A stretch of DNA of 64,000 bases from a virus (Duplodnaviria; Heunggongvirae; Uroviricota; Caudoviricetes). The notes below the pieces were generated by a model. The model worked only from the letters and a program-made list of their open reading frames with translations, ran no database searches and was not told where the DNA came from. Every line of letters starts with the position of its first letter. Position 1 is the first letter of the stretch. The translations under genes and the position numbers were made by a program. The DNA lies in the IMG/VR virus record IMGVR_UViG_3300010370_000025; one strand, given 5' to 3'. Below, in pieces: positions 56,666 through 64,000 of the stretch.

Positions 56666-57078
56666 TGAATCCGTTTGATTTTGTTAACGCTATTAATGGC
56701 AAAAAGCAAGACATCATTAGAGCATCTGACAACCCTGATCTTGCTGAGAAGCAATATATACCTTTTATTATTAATAAAGCATTCTCATATCATATCGATA
56801 CAGTGCTTTACTCAAATGAGATGAATAAAGCAGCTCATATTGATTCTAAACTCCAAAACGACTATTACCTAAATAGTATACGCACTGGAAAGCGTTTCTC
56901 TAAGTGGCATAAGCGCCAGGAAAACTTAGATATAGACGTTATTCAGGAATATTTTAAAGTAAACTATTTAAGAGCTACTGAGATAGCAAAATTGCTATCA
57001 AGGGAACAGCTCGACCTTATAAGAATAAGAATAACAAAAGGTGGTAATAATGAGCTTCGATCTAAGTCAGCTAGTTGA
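56665..57078 (+). CDS. gp62: Clamp loader small subunit gp62
   Basis: Position and a pattern similar to T4 gp62. Confidence 0.55.
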   Translation: MNPFDFVNAINGKKQDIIRASDNPDLAEKQYIPFIINKAFSYHIDTVLYSNEMNKAAHIDSKLQNDYYLNSIRTGKRFSKWHKRQENLDIDVIQEYFKVNYLRATEIAKLLSREQLDLIRIRITKGGNNELRSKSAS

Positions 57079-57445
57079 AGTGAGATTAAAGAATGCTGAA
57101 GATTTTCTCAAAGTTCGCGAAACTTTATCTCGAATCGGCTTAGCGTCAAAAAAAGACAACACTCTTTATCAGTCATGCCATATTCTACATAAACAAGGCA
57201 AATATTATATTGTGCATTTTAAAGAGTTGTTTATGCTTGACGGTAAAGAAGCAACCTTCTCAGAAGGTGATATTGCTAGACGTAACAGAATTGTTACGCT
57301 TCTAGACGAATGGGAATTAATAGAAGTTGTTGATAACAGTAAAATATTAAATCCTATTGCACCCCTTAATCAGATTAAAATTATTCCTTTCAAAGAAAAG
57401 AATAGCTGGAATCTTATTACTAAATATACTATAGGTGGAAGATAA
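57041..57445 (+). CDS. regA: Translational repressor RegA
   Basis: Strong colinear similarity to T4 RegA ('KNAEDFLKVRETLSRIGLASKKD.TLYQSCHILHKQG.YYIVHFKE'). Confidence 0.85.
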   Translation: MVIMSFDLSQLVEVRLKNAEDFLKVRETLSRIGLASKKDNTLYQSCHILHKQGKYYIVHFKELFMLDGKEATFSEGDIARRNRIVTLLDEWELIEVVDNSKILNPIAPLNQIKIIPFKEKNSWNLITKYTIGGR

Positions 57446-57463
57446 CTATATAAAGTTTTTGTT

Positions 57464-58534
57464 ATGTATAATTATGATGATGTTAGAGTAGTTCATTTAG
57501 AAATTACTCAAAAGTGTCAAGCTTCCTGTCCGATGTGTGACAGAAATCAAAATGGGGGCTTAATCAACCCCCATCTTTCTTTAGCTGAACTCTCCTTAGA
57601 AAATTGTAAGCAAATATTTGAGCCTGCTTTTATTAAGCAGCTTAACTACATGTATATGTGTGGTAATTTAGGTGATCCTATTATTGCTAATGATACTCTA
57701 GAAGTATTTGATTACTTTCGCACACATAACCCTAACATGAAACTAAGCATGAATACCAATGCAGGTGCTAGAAATCAGCAATGGTGGCGAGATCTTGCTA
57801 AAGTATTAGGCCCGAAGGGGATGGTAAGATTCTCTATAGATGGATTAGAAGATACTAATCATATCTACAGAAGAGGTGTTCAATGGGATAATGTAATGAG
57901 CTCTCTTACCAGTTTTATTGATGCTGGAGGTAACGCTATATGGGATTATTTAATATTTGATCATAATGCACATCAAGTAGAAGAAGCAAAAAAATTATCA
58001 GTTAATCTAGGTGTAAAAACTTTTGTAGAAAAGAAAACATCTAGATTCTATAGTACAGCAAAAACATCTCTTAAAGATACTCATACTGTAAAAGATCGTA
58101 AAGGTAACGATCAATATGATCTAAAACCAGTAGATACACCTCTTAATAATAAAATTAATAATACTATAGATAAGCATGGTAGTCTATCTAACTATTATGA
58201 TACAACAGAAATAGTTTGTAAAGTAAAAGAACAAAAAAGTATTTTTATTACTGCTGAAGGTCTAGCAATGCCTTGTTGCTGGACTGCTTCCCGTATGTAT
58301 AAGTGGTGGCATAAAGATCCTAAAGTAGAACAGGTGTGGCAATTTATTAAAGATACAGATAGAATAAACGTTCTTAAACACGGTATTAAAGATGTGCTTA
58401 ATAATGGTGTATTTCAAGATATAGAAGTAAGCTGGGGGCTTCGATCAGTAGCAGAAGGTAAACTGAAAGTATGCTCTGAGAAATGTGGTAAAGAGTTTGA
58501 TCCGTTTAAGGAACAATTTGTTAATGCAAAATAA
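57464..58534 (+). CDS. Radical SAM enzyme with a C-terminal SPASM/twitch-like Cys cluster (rSAM-A)
   Basis: 'ITQKCQASCPMC' (CxxxCxxC), 'CGNLGDP', and a C-terminal 'C-x12-G-x4-CC ... CSEKCGKEF'. Confidence 0.65.
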   Translation: MYNYDDVRVVHLEITQKCQASCPMCDRNQNGGLINPHLSLAELSLENCKQIFEPAFIKQLNYMYMCGNLGDPIIANDTLEVFDYFRTHNPNMKLSMNTNAGARNQQWWRDLAKVLGPKGMVRFSIDGLEDTNHIYRRGVQWDNVMSSLTSFIDAGGNAIWDYLIFDHNAHQVEEAKKLSVNLGVKTFVEKKTSRFYSTAKTSLKDTHTVKDRKGNDQYDLKPVDTPLNNKINNTIDKHGSLSNYYDTTEIVCKVKEQKSIFITAEGLAMPCCWTASRMYKWWHKDPKVEQVWQFIKDTDRINVLKHGIKDVLNNGVFQDIEVSWGLRSVAEGKLKVCSEKCGKEFDPFKEQFVNAK

Positions 58535-59927
58535 AATATCATCTACATTCTGCGCTTTACCTTGGGTACATTTAAGCACAAGACCAGACGGTTCAATGCG
58601 TGTGTGTTGCACAGCTAATGCATCAGGAGTACAAGATCCTGATAGTAGTAAGCGTGTTAATGGTGGTAATGCAGGTATAGTTAAGAATCAAAATAATATG
58701 CCAGCAAATCTCAACCACACATCACTTAATGATGCGTGGAATAATGAGTACATGTGCAACGTGCGTAAAACAATGCTTAAAGGTGAAAAGCCAACTTCTT
58801 GTCTCAAATGTTATAAAGAAGAAGAAGCAGGTGTTATCAGTAAACGTCAATGGGAAACTGATTACTGGGGTAAGATATTTGATCTTAATGAGATAGTATC
58901 GGAGACTAAAGAAGATGGTTCTATTCCAGCAAAAATTAGATATTTAGATCTTAGACTAGGTTCTAAATGTCAGCTTGCATGTGTTATGTGTTCACCGCAT
59001 GATAGTTCAGGTTGGGTAAAAGAATGGAATGAAATTTATCCTAAGATTGAAAATGAAAATTTAAAACGTAATAGTAATTGGCATATGAAGGGCCAAGTAG
59101 GTGGTGCTAGCTATAACTGGCATCTTAATAATCCTACATTCTGGGAAGAGCTTTATGAGCAGATTCCTCATATGTATCAACTATACTTTGCTGGTGGTGA
59201 AAGCACTATCATTAAAGAACATTATCTTCTTCTGGAAGAGTGTATCAAAAGAGGATATGCAAGCCAAATTGAACTTAGATATAACTCTAACGGGCTTGAA
59301 TTGCCTGAAAAGCTTTTCGAGCTTTGGTCGCATTTTAGGTTAGTTAAATTTCATTTTTCTATAGATGCATTAGGCAAGCAGAACGAATATATTCGTTATC
59401 CTACTGATTGGAAGACTATAGAAAATAACTTACACATTCTTGATAATACCCCTGATAATGTAGAAGTAACAATAGCTTGTACCTTGATGGCATTAAACAT
59501 ATACTATTTTCCAGATTTTATAAAGTGGAAACTTACTCAAGGCTTTAAAAAGATCAATAAATATCCATACGGTGCTGGAACTATTAATACCCATTTTGCG
59601 TATTACCCTCCTCAGCTTAACGTTAAAGTCCTGCCTAAAGAGTTTAAACAAAAAGTCGTTGACAAATACGAAAACGATTTCTTTCCTTGGTTAGAAGAAA
59701 ACTGGAAACTTGCAACAGGCATACCTGACACTGTAAGTAAAGAAAAGTGGTTTAGTGAGAATTATAGTATTAAAAGATATAAAAGTATTCTAAACTTTAT
59801 GAATAAAGAAGACTGGAGTCAAAGATTACCAGAGACTGCAGAATGGATTAAACGTATAGATGATACCCGTGGTTTGAACTTCTATGAAATATTTCCTGAT
59901 TTTGATTGGTTAAAAAATTATGAGTAA
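58524..59927 (+). CDS. Radical SAM enzyme with an N-terminal SPASM-like Cys-rich domain (rSAM-B)
   Basis: N-terminal 'FCALPW..DGSMRVCC' and 'SCLKCYKEEEAG', followed by a core 'LGSKCQLACVMC' and 'FAGGEST'. ATG at 58524. Confidence 0.55.
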   Translation: MQNKISSTFCALPWVHLSTRPDGSMRVCCTANASGVQDPDSSKRVNGGNAGIVKNQNNMPANLNHTSLNDAWNNEYMCNVRKTMLKGEKPTSCLKCYKEEEAGVISKRQWETDYWGKIFDLNEIVSETKEDGSIPAKIRYLDLRLGSKCQLACVMCSPHDSSGWVKEWNEIYPKIENENLKRNSNWHMKGQVGGASYNWHLNNPTFWEELYEQIPHMYQLYFAGGESTIIKEHYLLLEECIKRGYASQIELRYNSNGLELPEKLFELWSHFRLVKFHFSIDALGKQNEYIRYPTDWKTIENNLHILDNTPDNVEVTIACTLMALNIYYFPDFIKWKLTQGFKKINKYPYGAGTINTHFAYYPPQLNVKVLPKEFKQKVVDKYENDFFPWLEENWKLATGIPDTVSKEKWFSENYSIKRYKSILNFMNKEDWSQRLPETAEWIKRIDDTRGLNFYEIFPDFDWLKNYE

Positions 59928-61263
59928 GACGTTTTGTCCTATGCCTTGGAATTCAGTTAACCTGCGCAATAATGGTGATATGCGCATTTGCTGTAACGCC
60001 AATTCATATACTAAAAATAGAGGTATTCTTAGAAAAGAGGACGGTACTGCATTTAATATCGGTAGAGATGATATTAATGAAGCTAGAAACTCTTCTACAC
60101 TAAAAGAAGTAAGAGCTACTATGCTTAAGGGTGAATGGCATTCTGAGTGTGAGCGCTGCCGACAAGAAGAAGTAAATGGTATTAGAAGTAGAAGAGAGTA
60201 TGAATCAGAACTCTGGAATACTGTAGAGGAAAATATTAAAGATAAAACGTTAGAAGACGGTACTATTAATGCAGAAGAGATTCCTATAGATTATTTTGAT
60301 ATTAGATACGGTAATTTTTGTAATTTAAAATGTCGTATGTGTGCTCCTACTGAATCACATACATGGTTTAGTGATTATGTAGAATTATACAAAACTAACA
60401 AGTATAAAGATACTCATGATACAATAGTACTTACTAAAAATAAAAAAGGTAGATGGGTAACAGATCAATACGATTGGTTTAAAAACTCTAATCATTACTG
60501 GCATCAATTTGAAAAATATACAAAAAATGCTAAAAAGTTTTATATAGTAGGAGGTGAACCTCTTATTATTGAAGAACATATTGATTCTTTAGAGCGTTTA
60601 ATTTATAATGGTAATTCTAAAGAGGTAGTTATAGAGTATAATACTAATTTAACAAACGTTACACCACGTATTCTTGAATTATGGAAAAACTTTAAGCAGA
60701 TTAGAATTGGTGCATCAATTGACGGGTTTGGTGATGTGTTTGAATATCAGAGAACCCCAGCAAATTGGGATAGTGTCTATGAAAATTTGCTTAAGTTGGA
60801 TACTAATACGGATATTAATTTAGTAGGCTGGTTTGCATTTACTGTAACACCTATTAATATATTTCATTTACCAGAATTTATGAAATGGAAATTAACAGAT
60901 AGTAAGCTTAATAGATTTAATACTATAAGAGGTGTACGTAAAGTAATATCTCACCATATGTGTCACGCACCTAGACATTATAATGTTAAGTGTCTTCCAG
61001 ACGAGATAAAACAACAAGTAGATGTACATTTTGCAGAGTATAAAGAATGGGCTAAGTGTCAACCAGAAGATGTATATAAAGATTTCTGTAAACTATTGAA
61101 TGGTGTTTCTCGTTTTATGAACTCTGAAAGATACTACGATCCTCATTTTACTGATTTTATTGATATAACCGCTAAACTGGATAAAATTAGAAACCAAGAT
61201 GTGAGAAAAATTGTCCCTCAATTTACAAAATACTTTGATGCATATTACGAACGAAAATCCTGA
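59920..61263 (+). CDS. Radical SAM enzyme, paralog of rSAM-B (rSAM-C)
   Basis: 'FCPMPW..NGDMRICC', 'ECERCRQEEVNG', 'YGNFCNLKCRMC' and 'VGGEPL'. Confidence 0.55.
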   Translation: MSKTFCPMPWNSVNLRNNGDMRICCNANSYTKNRGILRKEDGTAFNIGRDDINEARNSSTLKEVRATMLKGEWHSECERCRQEEVNGIRSRREYESELWNTVEENIKDKTLEDGTINAEEIPIDYFDIRYGNFCNLKCRMCAPTESHTWFSDYVELYKTNKYKDTHDTIVLTKNKKGRWVTDQYDWFKNSNHYWHQFEKYTKNAKKFYIVGGEPLIIEEHIDSLERLIYNGNSKEVVIEYNTNLTNVTPRILELWKNFKQIRIGASIDGFGDVFEYQRTPANWDSVYENLLKLDTNTDINLVGWFAFTVTPINIFHLPEFMKWKLTDSKLNRFNTIRGVRKVISHHMCHAPRHYNVKCLPDEIKQQVDVHFAEYKEWAKCQPEDVYKDFCKLLNGVSRFMNSERYYDPHFTDFIDITAKLDKIRNQDVRKIVPQFTKYFDAYYERKS

Positions 61264-62131
61264 TTGTTGTATAGTTACTTTATTTTTACATAACGTTTGT
61301 AATTATAAATGTTCTTACTGCAACGATTATCACAGAGATGGGTCATATAGGTGGCCAGATGACTGGGAAGCATATACCAAACTTATTAGTAAAGTGAAAG
61401 AAAATAATAAAAACGTATATGTTGAAGTATTAGGAGGTGAACCTACTCTGTGGCCCAGATTTCAAGAGTTTGTAGATTATATTAGCAGTGATGATGTATT
61501 TGTAGAGTATGCTACTAATGCATCGCGCACTCTTAATTATTGGAGCAAATTTAAAACACAAAATGCTTTTGTATTTCTATCTTGGCATCATGAGTTTGCT
61601 GATGATGATCATTTTGTAAAAGTTGCAGAGATAATGCAACACAAAGCTTCAGTATCAGTTCCTTTAATGGTAGTGCCTGATAATTTTGAACGTGCTAAAG
61701 CGCTGTATGAGAGACTCAAACCGTTAAACATAGAAGTAACTCCTAAATTTACTCGTACATCTATTAACGGACATTCATACTTTAATTATACAGACGAACA
61801 AAAAGAATGGATTCAAAATAATAGTTTTAATAAAATGAAACCATTTGGTATTAACTGGAAAATACCTCAAACATTACATTTTAATGGTGAACCTATTAGG
61901 TTTATGTCTGTACTAGATAGACAGATGCATAAATTTAAAGGTTATACATGTACTGCAGGCATAAAAAGACTTATGGTAGATCCTAACGGTGATATTAAAA
62001 GATGTACTAAAAAGGTAGGTGGTATTATAGGCAACATATTTAAAGAATATAAACTGCCAGATACACCAATAGTGTGTACTTATGAAGCTTGCCCTTGTAA
62101 ACTAGATGCGGTTGTTGAAAAATGGAGTTAA
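61238..62131 (+). CDS. Compact radical SAM-SPASM enzyme (rSAM-D)
   Basis: 'HNVCNYKCSYC', 'LGGEPTL', and a C-terminal 'C-x12-G-x4-C' plus 'CTYEACPC'. ATG at 61238. Confidence 0.6.
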   Translation: MHITNENPDCCIVTLFLHNVCNYKCSYCNDYHRDGSYRWPDDWEAYTKLISKVKENNKNVYVEVLGGEPTLWPRFQEFVDYISSDDVFVEYATNASRTLNYWSKFKTQNAFVFLSWHHEFADDDHFVKVAEIMQHKASVSVPLMVVPDNFERAKALYERLKPLNIEVTPKFTRTSINGHSYFNYTDEQKEWIQNNSFNKMKPFGINWKIPQTLHFNGEPIRFMSVLDRQMHKFKGYTCTAGIKRLMVDPNGDIKRCTKKVGGIIGNIFKEYKLPDTPIVCTYEACPCKLDAVVEKWS

Positions 62132-63372
62132 ATCTTCTTGACACTTACAATTTAAAAGATCCTGTTTGTATGTACAAATTAGGATGGAGTACTGTAAGAC
62201 TGTACAACAGTGTTAGTCAGAGTTGTCATAGAGTTGTATCAAACGATATTATAACACCAGAGACTTTTGATAGTTTTCATAATACTCCTTCAAAAATTAA
62301 AGCTAGGGAGTCTATGTTCAATGGTCAGTGGCCAGAAGAAACTGAGCATGTAGGATGCAATTATTGTAAAAAAATAGAAGATGCAGGAGGCCTTAGCGAT
62401 AGACATATTATTAATAGATCTTATAATTCTCAATATGTCACAGAAGAAACAAAAAGCAATCCTCGTTCTAGCATAACCACCCCCACAATGTTAGAGGTTT
62501 ATTTTACAAATTTATGTAATATGAGTTGCATATATTGTAATAGTCTATTTAGTAGTAAATGGGAAGCAGAAGATTTAAAACATAATTTTGATAAAAATAA
62601 ATTTAGACTAGAAAAATTAAGAGAAGGAAGAAAGACTTATTCAGCAATGAAAGTTGCTTTCTGGAAATGGTTTGAAAAAAATGTTTCTAAACTAAAATCG
62701 TATAATATATTAGGAGGAGAACCTTTTTATCAGCAAGAGTTAGTAGAAAATATAGAATTCTTTAACAATAACGAATGTCCAGATTTAGAAATAAATATAT
62801 TTTCTAATTTAAAAGTGGAACCAGAAAAATTTAAAGATATTTTAAATAGTTTTTCTAATCTTATTAAATTAAAAAAGATAAAATCTCTTACACTTTTTTG
62901 TAGTTTTGATTGTTGGGGGCCTCAAATTGAATACATTAGATATGGGTTAAATTTAAATAAGTGGGAAGAAAACTTTAATATTTTAATAAATGATTATCCA
63001 GAAATTAAAATAGTCTTGCACAGCACTCTTACGTCTCTTACGTTTGATACGTTTCCTCAACTATGTGAAAAAGTAAAAAAATGGCAGACTATCCGACAAT
63101 TACGTCATAGTATTTCTATTGCAGGCGGCAATCATTGGCATCCTGGTATTTTCTCGAAAGATTTTTTTACAGAAAAAATTAATGAAGCTATATCGTTTAG
63201 TAATGACAAAGATTTTATTGTTAAATTAGACGGGTTTAATAAATCATTTAATGCTCATAATGAAAATAAACATGAAATTAGAATACTTAAACAAGAGTTA
63301 GATAGATTGGATAAAATTAGAAATACTAACTGGAAATTATTATGGCCTTGGTTAGACAAATATGAAGTATGA
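62122..63372 (+). CDS. Radical SAM enzyme with an N-terminal Cys-rich extension (rSAM-E); very AT-rich
   Basis: 'FTNLCNMSCIYC' and 'LGGEPF'. Its N-terminal 'GCNYCKKIEDAGGLSDR' aligns with the rSAM-B and rSAM-C N-domains. Confidence 0.5.
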   Translation: MELNLLDTYNLKDPVCMYKLGWSTVRLYNSVSQSCHRVVSNDIITPETFDSFHNTPSKIKARESMFNGQWPEETEHVGCNYCKKIEDAGGLSDRHIINRSYNSQYVTEETKSNPRSSITTPTMLEVYFTNLCNMSCIYCNSLFSSKWEAEDLKHNFDKNKFRLEKLREGRKTYSAMKVAFWKWFEKNVSKLKSYNILGGEPFYQQELVENIEFFNNNECPDLEINIFSNLKVEPEKFKDILNSFSNLIKLKKIKSLTLFCSFDCWGPQIEYIRYGLNLNKWEENFNILINDYPEIKIVLHSTLTSLTFDTFPQLCEKVKKWQTIRQLRHSISIAGGNHWHPGIFSKDFFTEKINEAISFSNDKDFIVKLDGFNKSFNAHNENKHEIRILKQELDRLDKIRNTNWKLLWPWLDKYEV

Positions 63373-64000
63373 TGACCTTACATTTGATATATTAGGTACA
63401 AAACGTCAAAGACCTATGTATCTTTCTTGTTTTACCAGAGCAAGATGTAATATGGATATGAAAAATTATCCTAAAGATCCTCATGAATATACAAAATACT
63501 TTATATCATATGTAGATAAATGGATAAAAGAACATAAACAAGTTAAGTATAATAATTTAGATTCTTTTAATCGAAAAGATGTTATACTAGGAACTACACA
63601 TCAATTAGACGAATTACATCTATTATATGGTAAAAGAATTGCAGTTTTTAAAGGTGAATACAAATATCACCGCAGGCTTACCAACTCAAACGTAAAGCAA
63701 ATTACATCTTATAAAGAACTTTTAGAAGGGGATGTATTAGTTGTATCATACCCTTCTTGTATTACAACTAATATTATAAAAGATTTTGATGAAACTTTAG
63801 ATTATTGTTTAAAAAATAATATACAAGTACATATAGACGGCGCATGGTTCGGTCAATGTAGAAATTTTAATTTTGATGTAAGTCACCCTGCAATATTATC
63901 TGTAAGTGTATCACTTTCTAAAGCATATGGAATGGGAAGTCAGCGTATCGGTATTAGATATTCAAGAAATATTACTACAGGTCCTATATCTATTATGAAC
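63362..64000 (+). CDS. Class I/II PLP-dependent aminotransferase-like protein (partial, runs off the window)
   Basis: 'VHIDGAWFG' (cf. the vDEAY region) and a PLP-lysine motif 'SLSKAYGMGSQRIGI'. Stop/start overlap with rSAM-E. Confidence 0.45.
   Translation, partial: MKYDDLTFDILGTKRQRPMYLSCFTRARCNMDMKNYPKDPHEYTKYFISYVDKWIKEHKQVKYNNLDSFNRKDVILGTTHQLDELHLLYGKRIAVFKGEYKYHRRLTNSNVKQITSYKELLEGDVLVVSYPSCITTNIIKDFDETLDYCLKNNIQVHIDGAWFGQCRNFNFDVSHPAILSVSVSLSKAYGMGSQRIGIRYSRNITTGPISIMN

Noticed and set aside
1-64000. tRNA genes, CRISPR arrays, transposases, integrases or terminal repeats
   Set aside because: No non-coding gap is longer than ~190 nt. There are no regularly spaced direct repeats with spacers. 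No transposase or integrase motifs are seen. The window is a virulent T4-like genome segment.

Overview
The window is a gene-dense stretch of a T4-like myovirus genome. It is AT-rich, almost entirely coding on the + strand, and carries classic T4 late promoters (TATAAATA). This points to a marine cyanophage- or pelagiphage-like T4 relative. The structural core is syntenic with T4: neck (gp13-15), terminase (gp16-17), sheath (gp18), tube (gp19), portal (gp20), prohead protease (gp21), scaffold (gp22) and major capsid (gp23). The replication and recombination core is also present: UvsY, UvsW, gp55, gp47, gp46, gp45, gp44, gp62 and RegA.

Several accessory cassettes are inserted into this conserved backbone:
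(a) A 5' glycosyltransferase-like cluster next to a repeat-rich virion protein, a GH19 lysozyme, a PAAR spike tip and a very large repeat-built fiber.
(b) A module made of an SPFH/band-7 protein, two metallophosphoesterases and a lipoprotein.
(c) GMP reductase plus a YhhQ-type preQ0/preQ1 transporter.
(d) Two 2OG-Fe(II) oxygenase paralogs and a peptide deformylase.
(e) A complete 7-deazaguanine (preQ1) pathway island: QueE, QueD, FolE, QueF, QueC, a free-standing class-II amidotransferase, a TGT-fold DpdA-like protein, a PurN-like formyltransferase and two DUF3310-like paralogs. A dUTPase-fold protein and a GT-A glycosyltransferase follow it. This strongly suggests hypermodified guanine in the virion DNA.
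(f) Most unusual, directly after regA (where T4 has DNA polymerase): a translationally coupled operon of five paralogous radical-SAM enzymes followed by a class-I/II PLP aminotransferase-like gene. Three of the radical-SAM proteins carry a SPASM-like Cys-rich motif at the N-terminus rather than the usual C-terminus. This is the best candidate in the window for a previously undescribed system.

Domain-insertion genes split two normally adjacent pairs: an SDR epimerase sits between gp47 and gp46, and a vWA protein between gp45 and gp44. I see no tRNA, CRISPR or transposon signatures.
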